Positions 12,563-23,932 of a stretch of DNA of 64,000 bases are shown here, in pieces. The translations under genes and the position numbers were made by a program. The stretch covers positions 62,001-126,000 of the forward strand of contig MCFE01000084.1 of NCBI GenBank assembly GCA_002104905.1, in the 5' to 3' direction. Under the pieces are notes generated by a model. The model made no database searches, was not told the origin of the DNA, and saw only the letters and a program-made list of their open reading frames with translations. Each line of letters begins with the position of its first letter. Position 1 is the first letter of the stretch. The DNA comes from Basidiobolus meristosporus CBS 931.73 (taxonomy: Eukaryota > Fungi > Basidiobolomycota).

Positions 12563-14491
12563 ATGCTGCCAAAAAGTAAAGCAAAGTTGTCTGGTTCCCA
12601 GCCAAACCACAACACTGATGGCAGCAGAAGAACGGTTGAACAACAGCTTGTTTTGACACCTGGTGCAAGAAGCAGGGCCACAATCAAAAAAGGCAATGTT
12701 GACAGTGTGCTCACTAAAAGAAATAATGCGGACTCCTCAGGCTTTCAGTCAAGTAGGCAACTCAGAACCCCTGCAGAGCAGCAAGCTCACCATCATGCTC
12801 AGGCAAATGAGCATATAGCAAATGCCAAACCTTCATTTGAAGACCAGCAAGTGGGCATCATAACATCACCACCACCTGTATTAGCAAGTATATTGTCAGC
12901 TTGTATTGAAGCATTAACAAAGCAATTAGGTGTGGTGGCTGATAGGATAGATGCAATGGCCCAGAGAAATCAGGAAATAGTCCAGAAACAGGATAAGCAG
13001 ATAATACATGTTGAGTAATCAATATCTCAGATAGAATAAGCAGTATCTTTGTGGCAAAGAAGGAACTCAAGTAGCTCAATGTTATAGCAAAGAATTGCGC
13101 CATTCACTAATGGAACAGCAGAGCAGCAATATACAGTCTTTAAAGTACAGCAACAGTGCCCAAAGATAAAGCCCACAGAAAAGCCTATCATAACATGGGA
13201 GGGAGAAAGTGTAGTATATACACCAGAGGCTAAAATCAAAAGATATTGAAGATCTGTGGAGCTGTTGAGTGCAATAATAAAGAGTGGGCTAATATTCAAG
13301 ATGTTGTTATAAGTCTAGCACACCATCACCTTACCATGGGACCATCAGGAACTCAAGGCCAAGCAGAATGTGCTTGACATGTTCCATGAGCATTATCCTG
13401 GATTCAAGTGGGCAAATGGATTTTGGACCAGCACTGGTATACTACGAAAGTATTGTAAGAACAGCAGAGGCTATCAAAGGTAGAAGAACAAGGGTGCCAT
13501 GGCTAAAAACCTGCAGCTTCCTCAGGAGCCTGTTACAAGCAGGTCTGAAAGCAGGGCTGAAAGCTCCAGACAAGCATCAAAGAGATGTCAGGTAGCTGGG
13601 AGAGTGCCAATAAGGGACAAGCAGGCAGACATGTATGCACCAGCACAACATTTATCAAAGAAAAAGAACAGTACCACTCAAGACACACTCAGCCGAAGTA
13701 GCAGTGAAGGGCCTGGCAGTGATAAAAACCAGTGGCTTCCTCAGGAGCCTGTTGCAACTAAAGCAGAAAGCATAAAACAAGCAGAAAAGAAACATCAGGT
13801 TGCCAGAAGAGTGCTAGTAAGAGTCAAGTAGGCCAAAAAAGAGGGGTCAGAGCAGAATTTATCAAGGAAAAACATGGTTCATTACAAGAAGCATGCAGAC
13901 AAAGTAGCAGTGAGTGATCTGGCAGTGATAAAGGAAAAGATAAAGGGAAAAATGTCTACCAAAGCCTGAGGTTGGGAAGCATGCAAAAAAGATGCAGTTC
14001 TTACCAATTAATGCCACGAGCCTGGAAGAGACTGAATCCTATGATAGCCAATTAGATTTACTAACAAGAAAACAGCTGTTTTCACAAGAGTTGGAAGCAC
14101 AGGCAGTAGTGCTACACTCCAGCAAGGTAGATGAGTATGCGGAGAAGGGGAATTTGTCTACCGCAGCCTTCACATCCTGCATTATTGACAGAGTGGAGAT
14201 CCCACTGACAGACAAGGCTACAACTTCAAAAACTCAAATGACTATCACAATGCCTTCAGTGGAATTTGGAACATAGATAGGCACTTCAAGAGGATATGGC
14301 ACTTCTTCATGAGCAGTGCCCAAGGAAACACACTTGAATATTGCAAGGATTTGTTGCAAAGACTGGCAGATGAGGTACCTGACCTTTCAGTGCCAGCTGA
14401 AGACCAGGACATGTGGGAACCAGTGAATGAACAGTTGCATAAAGCCGTTGAGTTCCTGACAAAGTCATGGAAACAAAACATTACAGCATAA
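12563..14491 (+). pseudogene. Decayed second ORF of the CACTA-type element; product unknown
   Basis: Successive plus-strand ORF pieces (12563-13018, 13499-13831, 13992-14276, 14309-14491) broken by point stops. Coiled-coil-like IEALTKQLGVVADRIDAM. Divergent from the transposase. No domain recognised. Confidence 0.5.
13505..13945 (+). repeat. Two-copy direct repeat of about 220 bp inside CACTA ORF2 (approximate)
   Basis: GCTTCCTCAGGAGCCTGTT at about 13516 and 13736. Downstream AGTAGCAGTGA..G..CTGGCAGTGATAAA recurs at the same spacing. The first copy's LPQEPV motif is repeated. Confidence 0.8.
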
Positions 14492-14872
14492 ATACTTATT
14501 GAGTAGTGGATTTTAATGGAGTTACTTAATGAGTGTGGTGTTGGGTTTAATGTTAGTGTAGGGCATAGGGACTTGTATAGGTCAATACAATTGGCAGCTG
14601 AGGTACAATTGAAGTTTCAATGGAAATAAATCAATTCATATGCATGAATAGTGAGAGAAATGGTTGAATCAGGAAGTAAGGAGTGTGAAAAGAGGTAATA
14701 GACAATCAATGTACACAAACATAGGAACTGATTGAGCTTTTGGGATCAGAAAGTGAGCATATTGCCAGGGACCAATCAAAAGCCACCTACATATTGTTGT
14801 GATGAAAAATTCTGACTGAATTTTTTTGTGAAATCTGGTGTGTAATTTTTTTTTGAAAGTCTCTGCACAGTG

Positions 14873-17070
14873 CCCTGATTGAATCAGTACCTCTTAGTCA
14901 CAGGACTATAAGTCTGTGATGGCCTTTTGACAGGATCATTGCAATGATTTCTTATAAGGCAAGTAGTCATGACAAAAGTTAACAAGGCAACAGTGTAGGT
15001 GTGCAAAATTATCACTACTGATTGCTTCAATTGTGATATAGCTGTGAAAAAAACCTGGAAGAAGATGATACAACTGTGTGGAATTGTTATCATCTGTCAT
15101 GATCCAAGCAATGCACTTTTTTTTGCAATCTTAATTAAACTTTTGCAAACCAGTAATCACTAAATTTTTGATATGGGTAATATAAGGATTTCTCACGTAG
15201 AAGCAGAACTCCTGAAATCAATACCAATCATGCTTATGCATTATCTGTAACATCAAAGCAGCTGCTTGATCTATCTTACACCTACCTAGTTGGTTGCACA
15301 CCAGCTACTTCACCTGGTCTAATCACTAAAATCTGAGATTATCTTGCTCATTGAGCAAAATGGATATTTGACAGCAAGTCAGGTGGCTTGTGTACTTCTC
15401 AGATGGACAATTGGGGTTTCATAGCTTCAGGATACTTTCAGATAAATGAGTTACTGAATTACCATCCAATTGGAATGATTGTAGCAGAAATGAGCAGTAT
15501 AGGTGTAGATTATAGCATGATAAGCATATATTTCTATTTACATCAAGGAAACATATCCAAATGCTGGACTTTACCAACCATAATAATGGAATTCAATTGA
15601 GCATGTAATGCAAACATTACAAGTAGGCACAATTATTCCTGCCAACCTAATTGTGTCAGATTGTGTTATAGTATGCCAGATTGTCCCACATAGGGCAAAC
15701 TTGTCCAGGACCAATCCATTCTTTTGGTAGATACAATATTGTGCCTGATCATTCTTAATGATCACTGTTTGCACTGCATGCCCTGGTATAGTACTATGGA
15801 ACAATTTTACTATGCTAATACCTACCATTTTTGCTGTCATCATTCCTTTGGGGTAGAATGTTGGTAGTTAATTGGTCTAAAAGTAACCTGATTCTGTGAG
15901 CCCCCAGTTGGCTCACTGACCAATACACAAGCTACCTGATTTAGCATCTAATATTCCATATTGCCTATTAAGCAATTAAATTCCTGACTTCAAGGATTGG
16001 ACAAGATGTAATTAGTAGCACACGTCCATTATAGTGGCCAAAATCAGATCTAATGGCTATACTAGTGTTAGAAATAATGGGTAGGTATGCAGAGTACTTG
16101 CTTACCGGGGCTCTGTTTCAAATGTGACATGACCATACTATTACTTACATTGAAAATTCAGAGATCATTAGTGTGCAAAGGTTTAATTGGGAATGCCAAA
16201 GAAATGTGCTGTTTGGATCACAGCCAATGAGAGCAATCCAATGCAATTACATCAGCTTCTGGTTTCTTTCTCACAGGGACTACAGCTCAAGTAGTTAGTA
16301 TGATTCACATTGTGCACCTAAGTAACTTCCTTGTAGACTATCATCTTGGCTAATAGTGTACTTGTGTTCATTATTTTGCCTTCTGGCTGATGAGTGCAGT
16401 GCTGAAGCTTGCCCACACTGAGTTGCTCCTGCCACCTTTACAGAGCAAGCCTGAAGTGCCATGTGCTGAGGTATTTCTTTGCATGCCACAGGCTCTTACA
16501 ATGGAGGTACTTCCAGTGAGTCTTCATTGATCAGTTCTCCAGAAGTAGCTTGGTGATGGCCAAATGTGATGGCACATGCAGGCACTACATTATTTTTTGG
16601 CGTGATCTATGGGTGAGACTGATGTGATGCACAGTGTAAACTACACTTTGCCTGCTCCAGTGAACCTATGTCTAATTAAGCAGTTTGACAAGTTCTGGTG
16701 GTTTGCTCTTAGCTGCATGCATTAGGTCAACACATGTCAAATTGGTGTGTGTTGCCCTGGTCAAATATGTTGGTGCAGTATGGCCTTATATACACTGGGA
16801 CCTGGGTGTTGCTACATTTGGCAAAGAATCCAGCAAGTTATTCTGATGCAATGCTTACTCAGTTGCCCAAGTTCTGTATTCTTCCTCTTGAATTGCACTT
16901 TCTGAGTCTTTGAGGTATTCATCTATTCCCTGTTTGATACCCTGGAGCTGTTGCTATGATGTGTCTTGCTTATATTGCTCTTGGAAGCCACTTTGCTCTA
17001 CTTTTACACCAGACATATGAGGTAAAAGCCCATTTATTTCTCCTTGTTTGCCACAGCTCAGGGTGGTTGA
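14873..17070 (-). repeat. Unidentified CpG-depleted repeat with a degenerate reading frame; second copy at about 21590-22600
   Basis: 15850-16620 aligns with 21740-22480 (for example CACTGACCAATACACAAGCTAC, AAATTCCTGACT, TGATGAGTGCAGTGCTG). Long stop-riddled minus-strand frame. Confidence 0.65.
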
Positions 17071-17071
17071 A

Positions 17072-20000
17072 AATATGGGAATGAGCACATTTGTCAGGGA
17101 GTGTCACTGTGACCCCACTGCATCCACCCCCCTCTTAGCTTTGAGCTTGGGTTAGAGCAAACTAATCTGGATGTGCAAAATTCCTGTGCTTGAATAACTT
17201 AAGTTGGTTTCCTGCAACTGGTGCTCTCAGCTGGGGGTTTTCAAGGTCAGGTATATAATAACTTCCATTCCCAATCACATTGGAAATGAGGTAAGGGCCA
17301 GTCCACTTGTTGTCTGACTTCCAACTCCATTACTTGTCCAATGTGGAATCATAGAGTAATACTGGGTCTCCAAGTGACAGTTGCTTTGGTCTTGTAGAGT
17401 GTGACTTGCCAAAGAGTCCTTTGTTCTTCAGCTCTGAATCCTTTAGTTGTTCAGCAGCTCTGTTAATATTTAAGTCATTGTGATCAAGTTGCTGTATACA
17501 AGTGGCTATGAGGTCTTCAGTGTGCATATTAGATCTCCAATCCAATGAGTTCCAAGTGACTGTATCTAACTTAATGTGCATCTTCTACTTTGAGCACAAC
17601 TCCTGGGTCTTTTGGGATGTCATCTCTCCACTGTCAGCAACAAACTGTTGGATGCAGCCAAATCTGCAGATAATGTCATCAAGTCTCCATATGGTATGGC
17701 TCTTGCTGTTGGGCAAGGCTTGAGGTGCTGCCCATCCACTAAGGTCATCTCTAGCAACAATCAGGTACTTCTTTGATCCAGCTGTTGACATGTGGGCAAG
17801 GTGCATAGCAACCTTTTGCCACAGACAGATTCTGTAAATAGAATATAGTAGCTCTTCATAATGCTTTGAGGATCTCTTCTGTCAGGCTACACATGACTCA
17901 ACAAAGTGTTGGATATCATAGTACATATTTTCCTAGTAGTACCTCTGAGCTGTGGTGCTTTAGGTGGCTTGTCATCCTGTAGGTCCACCTGGTTCTCCTT
18001 GGTGGATACTTGTCATGATGTTCAGTTGCTCTAGTGGAGTGGTGACTACTCTTCTTGGTGTAAGTCCTGCTTCATGTGTTTAAAGAGAGAGTCATCCTTG
18101 GGATGGTAGTGGTGAGTCTTCTTTCCTAGTTTTCTGAGCTCATGAGGTTCCATCCAGTTAGGCTTCTTGATCATCCTTAGATACTGATTGATCAGGCTCT
18201 GGGAGTTCTCTCTTGGTCTTTGATAGCAAACTACTATATTCCTGATACACCAAAGCTGCTCTTCTCACAACTGATGGTGATTCCTGCTTCTTCAGTGGCT
18301 CCTAATATAGCATAATTGTCCAAAATGTGGTCATAGACAAACTTTCTTACTTCAGGCATGACTTCAGTGGTGTCCCAGAACTCTGGTCCTTTGATTTCTA
18401 TGTCATCAACAAAGACAGCCATTTTCTCAGGTATATCCTGGTACAGCACATTCACTATTCATCTCTGGAACTGAGCCATGGAGCTTGTAGCCCCTTGGCT
18501 GAGTCTTGTCATTCTTGGCCATCAAAATGGTGTCTGGAGTGCAAACATATCTCTTGATATCTCATCTAGGGGAATCTGCTCATATCCAGGGTGGAAATTA
18601 TATGCTGAGTAGATGGAGTAGCCACTGAAGCTCTCTGCAAAGTCATCAATAGATGGAGGTATTGCAGCTTATCTGATAGTGACAGTATTTGCAGGTTGCA
18701 TGTCTTGAATGCATTGGAGCATTCCATTATTCTTTCTGGTCACAAACCATCTGTTAGCATAAGGTCCATGGCAAGGCTCTAGGATACCAGCATCAATCTT
18801 TTAAGTAGATCATGCACATGAGCTTAGAGTCCTCTGGGCAGTGGGCAAGGCTTGAATGACCAGGGTGTGTGTGCCACTATATGAATCTTGATAGGTTTTT
18901 CAACCAATGTCTTTAAGAGCCCCATCTCCTTGTCAATATATGGGTAAGCCTTAACATGCCTTCTAAGGTTTTCTTCAAATAATAGGATTTTTACTGGTGT
19001 TAGGCTTCCTTCACCAATGATAAGTTGCTCAAGTCTCTCATGTGTAAGCCATATATCATCTGGTGTTTTATTGGATGGTGTGATGTAATCAGCAAGTCAA
19101 GATCCATCAGTCAAAGGTGTAAGTGATGGTCTAATCTTCTTCTCAACTGTCTAGTATTTTGTTTGAACTATAGCTGTATGCTCTTGTATACCTAATGAAC
19201 AGCTCAAAATGATGGAGTGTATATTGTCAGGCTCCTCATCATCTTCTATAGCAAGATGCATCTTCTGGCAAGCAGTACATGTCCTCTTATTGTTGGATGT
19301 TACACCACAGAAGGTTGAATGCGGTCCAGGGTTTGATCCTTGTATAGTGTACCACACTGACCTATTGAAATAGTTGGTAGTTGTGGCCTTAGTACTGGTT
19401 TCCAATGGCCTACCTATCAGAAGGTCAATGTTTGCCTTCTGGCAGACAAAGAGGGGAAGCCTGACCTTGATTCCTTATACCTCAATAGGGGACTTGTTTA
19501 CTACACCATAGAGTGGACTAGATCCTGAATTTGCATTAGTCATGTTCCATCTAATATCTCTGTCAGCAGGCAGTAGCTCCTTGCCTCTAAGTGTCTTCTT
19601 GAAGTCTAGTGGCATCATGCAAGTCTCTGAACTACTGTCAATATGGCAGTTAAGAGGGTTATCATATAAACTTCCTTTCACCACAGCAGTTGCAACTGAG
19701 TAAAAGATATATCTCTCCCTTGGACTAGTACACCACCACACCAGTAGTATAGGTTTGATTGCTAGTAACTGCACTCCTTGGCTCCTTAGTCAGCTGGTCT
19801 GGCAGATTAGACTTGAGGAGTCTCAAAAAGATGGAAGCCTATTTTGCCTCTAAGAGATCACATTTCATCTCTGCAAAGCATGGAATGCTGGCCTTGTCAT
19901 CCTAGGCTGCACATAGGTCAACTTTCTGTGCCAAGTCCTGAGGAAGTCCTTTTGCAAGGTAAAGTGTCATGGTGAGCTCATTTATAACCTTGGACTCTAG

Positions 20001-21562
20001 GAGTGGCATGTCCACATCATCATACTGTTGAAAGAACTCTTGAAGTGGTTGCTTAGAAGCTCCAGTTCTTCCAAAGTGTCTCAGATCTTCAGTTTCATAG
20101 TATATTTGGAGTCTGTCATACTTGGCTTGTAGGTAGGTCCTCATTAAGGCCCAGTAAGTGAGAATGTCTCCTTGTCTAAGAAGCTTAGTGGTAATATCAT
20201 TGGTGCTGTAGTAATGAAGTCTTCAGCCTTTTCTTGTTCAGAGAGGCTGCACATCTTGCAGTGCTTCTCTCACTTGAATATGAAGCTTTCCACATTCTTA
20301 CATCAAGCTGTGGGGCTCCATGCAAGGGTGGTGAGGGCATAAAATGCATTCCAGGTAGGTAGGTTGGTGTTGTCATCTTGGTAATTTTGGTAGTCTCTTT
20401 TTCAATAAGTGAATAATGGCTCAAATCTTGTGGAAAGTCTTGTTGGGTCCTAGGGAGCTTGTATGAGCCCCCCTTGTTGGGTGTCAAATCTATGGCAGTG
20501 TATAAGTCCAAGGGAGATATATAACCAACACTTCTCAAGTGCTTTGCATGTGGGGTACTCACTGGATGCAATAACCTCTGGCAAAAGCATGCTTGAAATA
20601 CTTAGGTTTTGTCTCTAATCTAATGTGAAGTGGAATAAAGCCATAATCTTGTCAAGGGGAAACTACTGAGCTACAAGCTCCAACTTAGTTGGCATCTTAA
20701 CAAAAGTATGTGCTAGGTTCAGTGTCCTTTAATATTGCAGTTTACTAAAGCTTCCAAAGTCAAAACAACTATAAACTGCACCAGCAGGGACTTGATAAGA
20801 AAGCAGTTGTGGTAAATAGTTACAAAGACAGAAAATTATCCCTGCCTGTACAAGAACAAACTTGGGAAAGAATCAAATATAATAAATGATACCTGATCTG
20901 AGTATTCCACTCAAGTAGTGCCTCCAAGGTCAGTTAGCTGTCAGCATAGATTCCTGGTAGTGACCTGTGGTCTAGGATTGGAACTTCTGCTAGCAGCAGG
21001 TAGCAGTGTTTGCACTAATCAATAGGTCAGTACAATGATAAAAGGGATGATGATTTATTGCTGAGGTATTGCCTCCCTTATATACTTTTCTTGCTGGCAA
21101 AATAATCACTAATCATAGTGTTCTAGAAGGTTCCAGTGATCAAATAGAAATCTTAGTGACATTAGAATGAGCTAGGAATGTTCTAAGTATATGCCAGAAG
21201 GTTCTAAGAAGCACAGTACACCCAACCAATCAAGCATCAGTATTCTGAAGCCTGTGTAATATAGGGATACCATATATTGTATGAAAATAGTAGGGATTGT
21301 GACACAATTTGGTCATGTGTTACAGATACTGGTGAGGGTACCAGCCTAATAAAGAAGTACTTACATCATGTAATCCCACATAATGTGAGGAATGACTTAT
21401 GTAATGAGGTAAGCAGGTGTGATAGTCAGCCAGCTTATGGGATAGCACTGACCAAGTAATGCAAATGGGATAAAACTAATATTTGAGTAGTAGAAAAAGA
21501 GGGAAGTGGAAAATATGAGAATGAGCACATCTGTCAGTTGGTGTTGCTGCAACCCCACTACA
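17072..21562 (-). mobile_element. Degenerate Ty3/Gypsy element (Gypsy-2); RNase H region deleted
   Basis: gag (19902-20571), protease-like IDSSSE (19475-19774), RT (GPYANRWFV, AVFVDD; 18234-18800), integrase (17330-17900), GPY motif (about 17290), PPT at 17123-17136. The first about 50 bp of the LTR are shared between 17072-17122 and 21512-21562. Confidence 0.85.
20703..21324 (-). repeat. LTR of a further family lying at the 5' end of Gypsy-2 (left end approximate)
   Basis: Starts TGTAACACATGACC on the minus strand. Homologous to 28448-28772 plus 33465-33526. Confidence 0.7.
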
Positions 21563-21589
21563 GCACCCTCCTGCAATGTTTGCATCATG

Positions 21590-22600
21590 TATACAACTGA
21601 ATACCACCATTATAGTAGGCAAAATTCAATATTTGGGTATGTCTCTTTAATATAAATTAAAATGAATCCATATTGCACCATAAACTACACTCATACTGAC
21701 CATTTTGGTTGCCATCACACCAATTGGATCGTATATCAGTGATTGTTTAGTCTAACAATATGCTGAAGCTGTGTGTCCCCAATTGACCCACTGACCAATA
21801 CACAAGCTACCCAATTTGCCAGCAAATACACCATTTTGCCCATATATTAGGTAAATTCCTGACTTTAGTGACTGGACTAGATATCAGAGCTATCACACAA
21901 CTAATTGGGATGGTGCAAGACATATCAAATAGCTGCACTGGTGTTACTGATGGTGTATAAGCATGTAGGGTGTTTATCAATGGGGGTTCTGTCTGAAATG
22001 TGAGATAACCTTGGTATTACTTACATCAAAATTTAGAGATCACTGGTGTATAATGGCTAGATTAAGATTGTAAGAACTTGCATTATATGAGACATGACAA
22101 ATGACAGCAATTCAACTCAATTGCATGATCTTCTAGGTTTTTCTCACAAGGATTACTACTGAAGCCTATGGTAGTGATTCACTTTACTCTCCTAAACTAC
22201 TTCCTTGTTAATTATCTTCTTAGCTACTTGCATACTTGTAGTCAGTATTATGCCTCCTAATTGATGAGTGCAGTGCTGGAGCTTGGCTCCATTGAGTTGC
22301 TCCAGATAATGTTATAAAGCTGGCCTGAAGCACCATGTGCATATGTATTCTTTACTAGCCAAAGACTCCTGTGGTAGAGGCACTTCCAGTGGGTCATTGT
22401 CAGTCAGTTCACCAGAAGCAGCTTGCGGATGGTCTGGTGTAACAGTACACATAGGCACAACTTGATGCATTGGCATGGCAAGAGTGGCAAAGTTAGTGCT
22501 GTAAATTAGTCCAACAGTGACCAAGACTAGTCCAGAATTGTTAAGTAAATATTTAGCTGCTGAATGATACCAAATAGTCCAACATTTCAATACTTCCCCC
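21590..22600 (-). repeat. Second copy of the unidentified repeat (approximate)
   Basis: Aligns with 15780-16620. Confidence 0.6.
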
Positions 22601-23199
22601 CAACTAAATTATTCCTTATTCCAAATTTCTTGCTGAGATATGTTGTAAGAGTCTTGGAGATATTGTAAGTGATTTGGGGAACAAGTAAATTATGTGATTA
22701 TCACTTAATGATTTATTGAATGTAAAAGTAGTATTTATTCTCTTACATGGTCTTGGCAGTACAAACCCAATTCATGTGTGCAAGTTTGGGGCTGTTTGGA
22801 CAACTTTGAGAATTCTCATGTTCTGGGTACCTGGTATTTTGGTGAAAATATTTCAAGTAAATCCCAACAAGGAAACTGGTGAGTATTCCCTAGGATTGGA
22901 ATATAATGATCTAAGTTACTAAGCTAGATGAATATTTAGGTGGATTTACAAACTTATTCAACACTCCTACTCAGCTAAATAATCATACTGACTAGTCCTA
23001 ACTTTGATGTAGGATATTCATACTTGTCTCTAACTAATGCTTTGCTAAATGTGTCTGCAAACATTTTATCTGAGGGACATTAAACTAAGCTAACCAATTT
23101 ATTCTCTATAGCTTCATGTATGAAATTATGTCTAATATCTAAATACTTAGCTCTAGAATGAAAAGTTGGTTTTCTACCTAATTGTATACATTCTTGATT

Positions 23200-23932
23200 A
23201 GACTTGTTCCGTTGGATAGTGCCACATTGAGCCATGAGTGCCAAATGATGCCATAGTGTGCCAGAGAGGCCAAGTAAGCCTATACTTGGCCACAGAGTGT
23301 GAAGCATAGATCTGCATCTTCATGCAAAGCATCCTCTGTGTTTCACCTATGATGCAGGAGAAAATCCATTTTTTGACGTTTTTTTGTGGATCAATATTGT
23401 GCAGGATGTGCAAGAGCACTAAAGGATTGAAGATATACATCTGGTACTCAATACCCATGGCACTCTGAATCTAGCTCCTGTGGCTTGTAACATGTCACAA
23501 AAATGTATGTCACTATCTTGGTCCACTGGTACTATCTGGCACTATATTTAAATATTGGCCCTAAAGTAAGATCAATACAATGCACTTATAGTGCCTGATA
23601 GTACCAGTGGACCAAGATAGTGCCGTGCATTTTTGTGACATGTTACAAGCCACAGGAGCTAGATTCAGAGTGTCATGGGTATTGGGTACCATATGCATAT
23701 CTTCAATCCTTTAGTGCTCTTGCACATCCTGTACAACAGTGACCTAAAAAAAAGGTCAAAAAATGGATTTTCTCCAGCACAATGAGTGAGACACAGGGGC
23801 TGCTTTGCATGAAGATGCAGATCTATGTTTCACACTCTGTGGCCAAGTGTAGGCTCACTTTTCCTCCCTGGCACACTATGGCATCATTTGGCACTCATGG
23901 CTCAATGTGGCACTATCCAATGGAACAAGTGT
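23200..23932. mobile_element. 733-bp foldback element, copy B, inserted in Copia RNase H
   Basis: Arms 23200-23546 and 23587-23932, 40-bp spacer, ATT on both flanks (23197-99, 23933-35). The empty site TTG-ATT-ATCTTG is visible (reverse complement) in the intact Copia near 32850. Confidence 0.93.

Larger units (their letters stand above)
9811..14872. mobile_element. Decayed CACTA/EnSpm (CMC)-type DNA transposon; left end deleted
   Basis: Tnp2-type transposase remnants on the minus strand, a divergent second ORF on the plus strand, and a candidate terminus GAAAGTCTCTGCACAGTG at 14872 (CACTG on the minus strand) where a different repeat begins. Confidence 0.7.
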
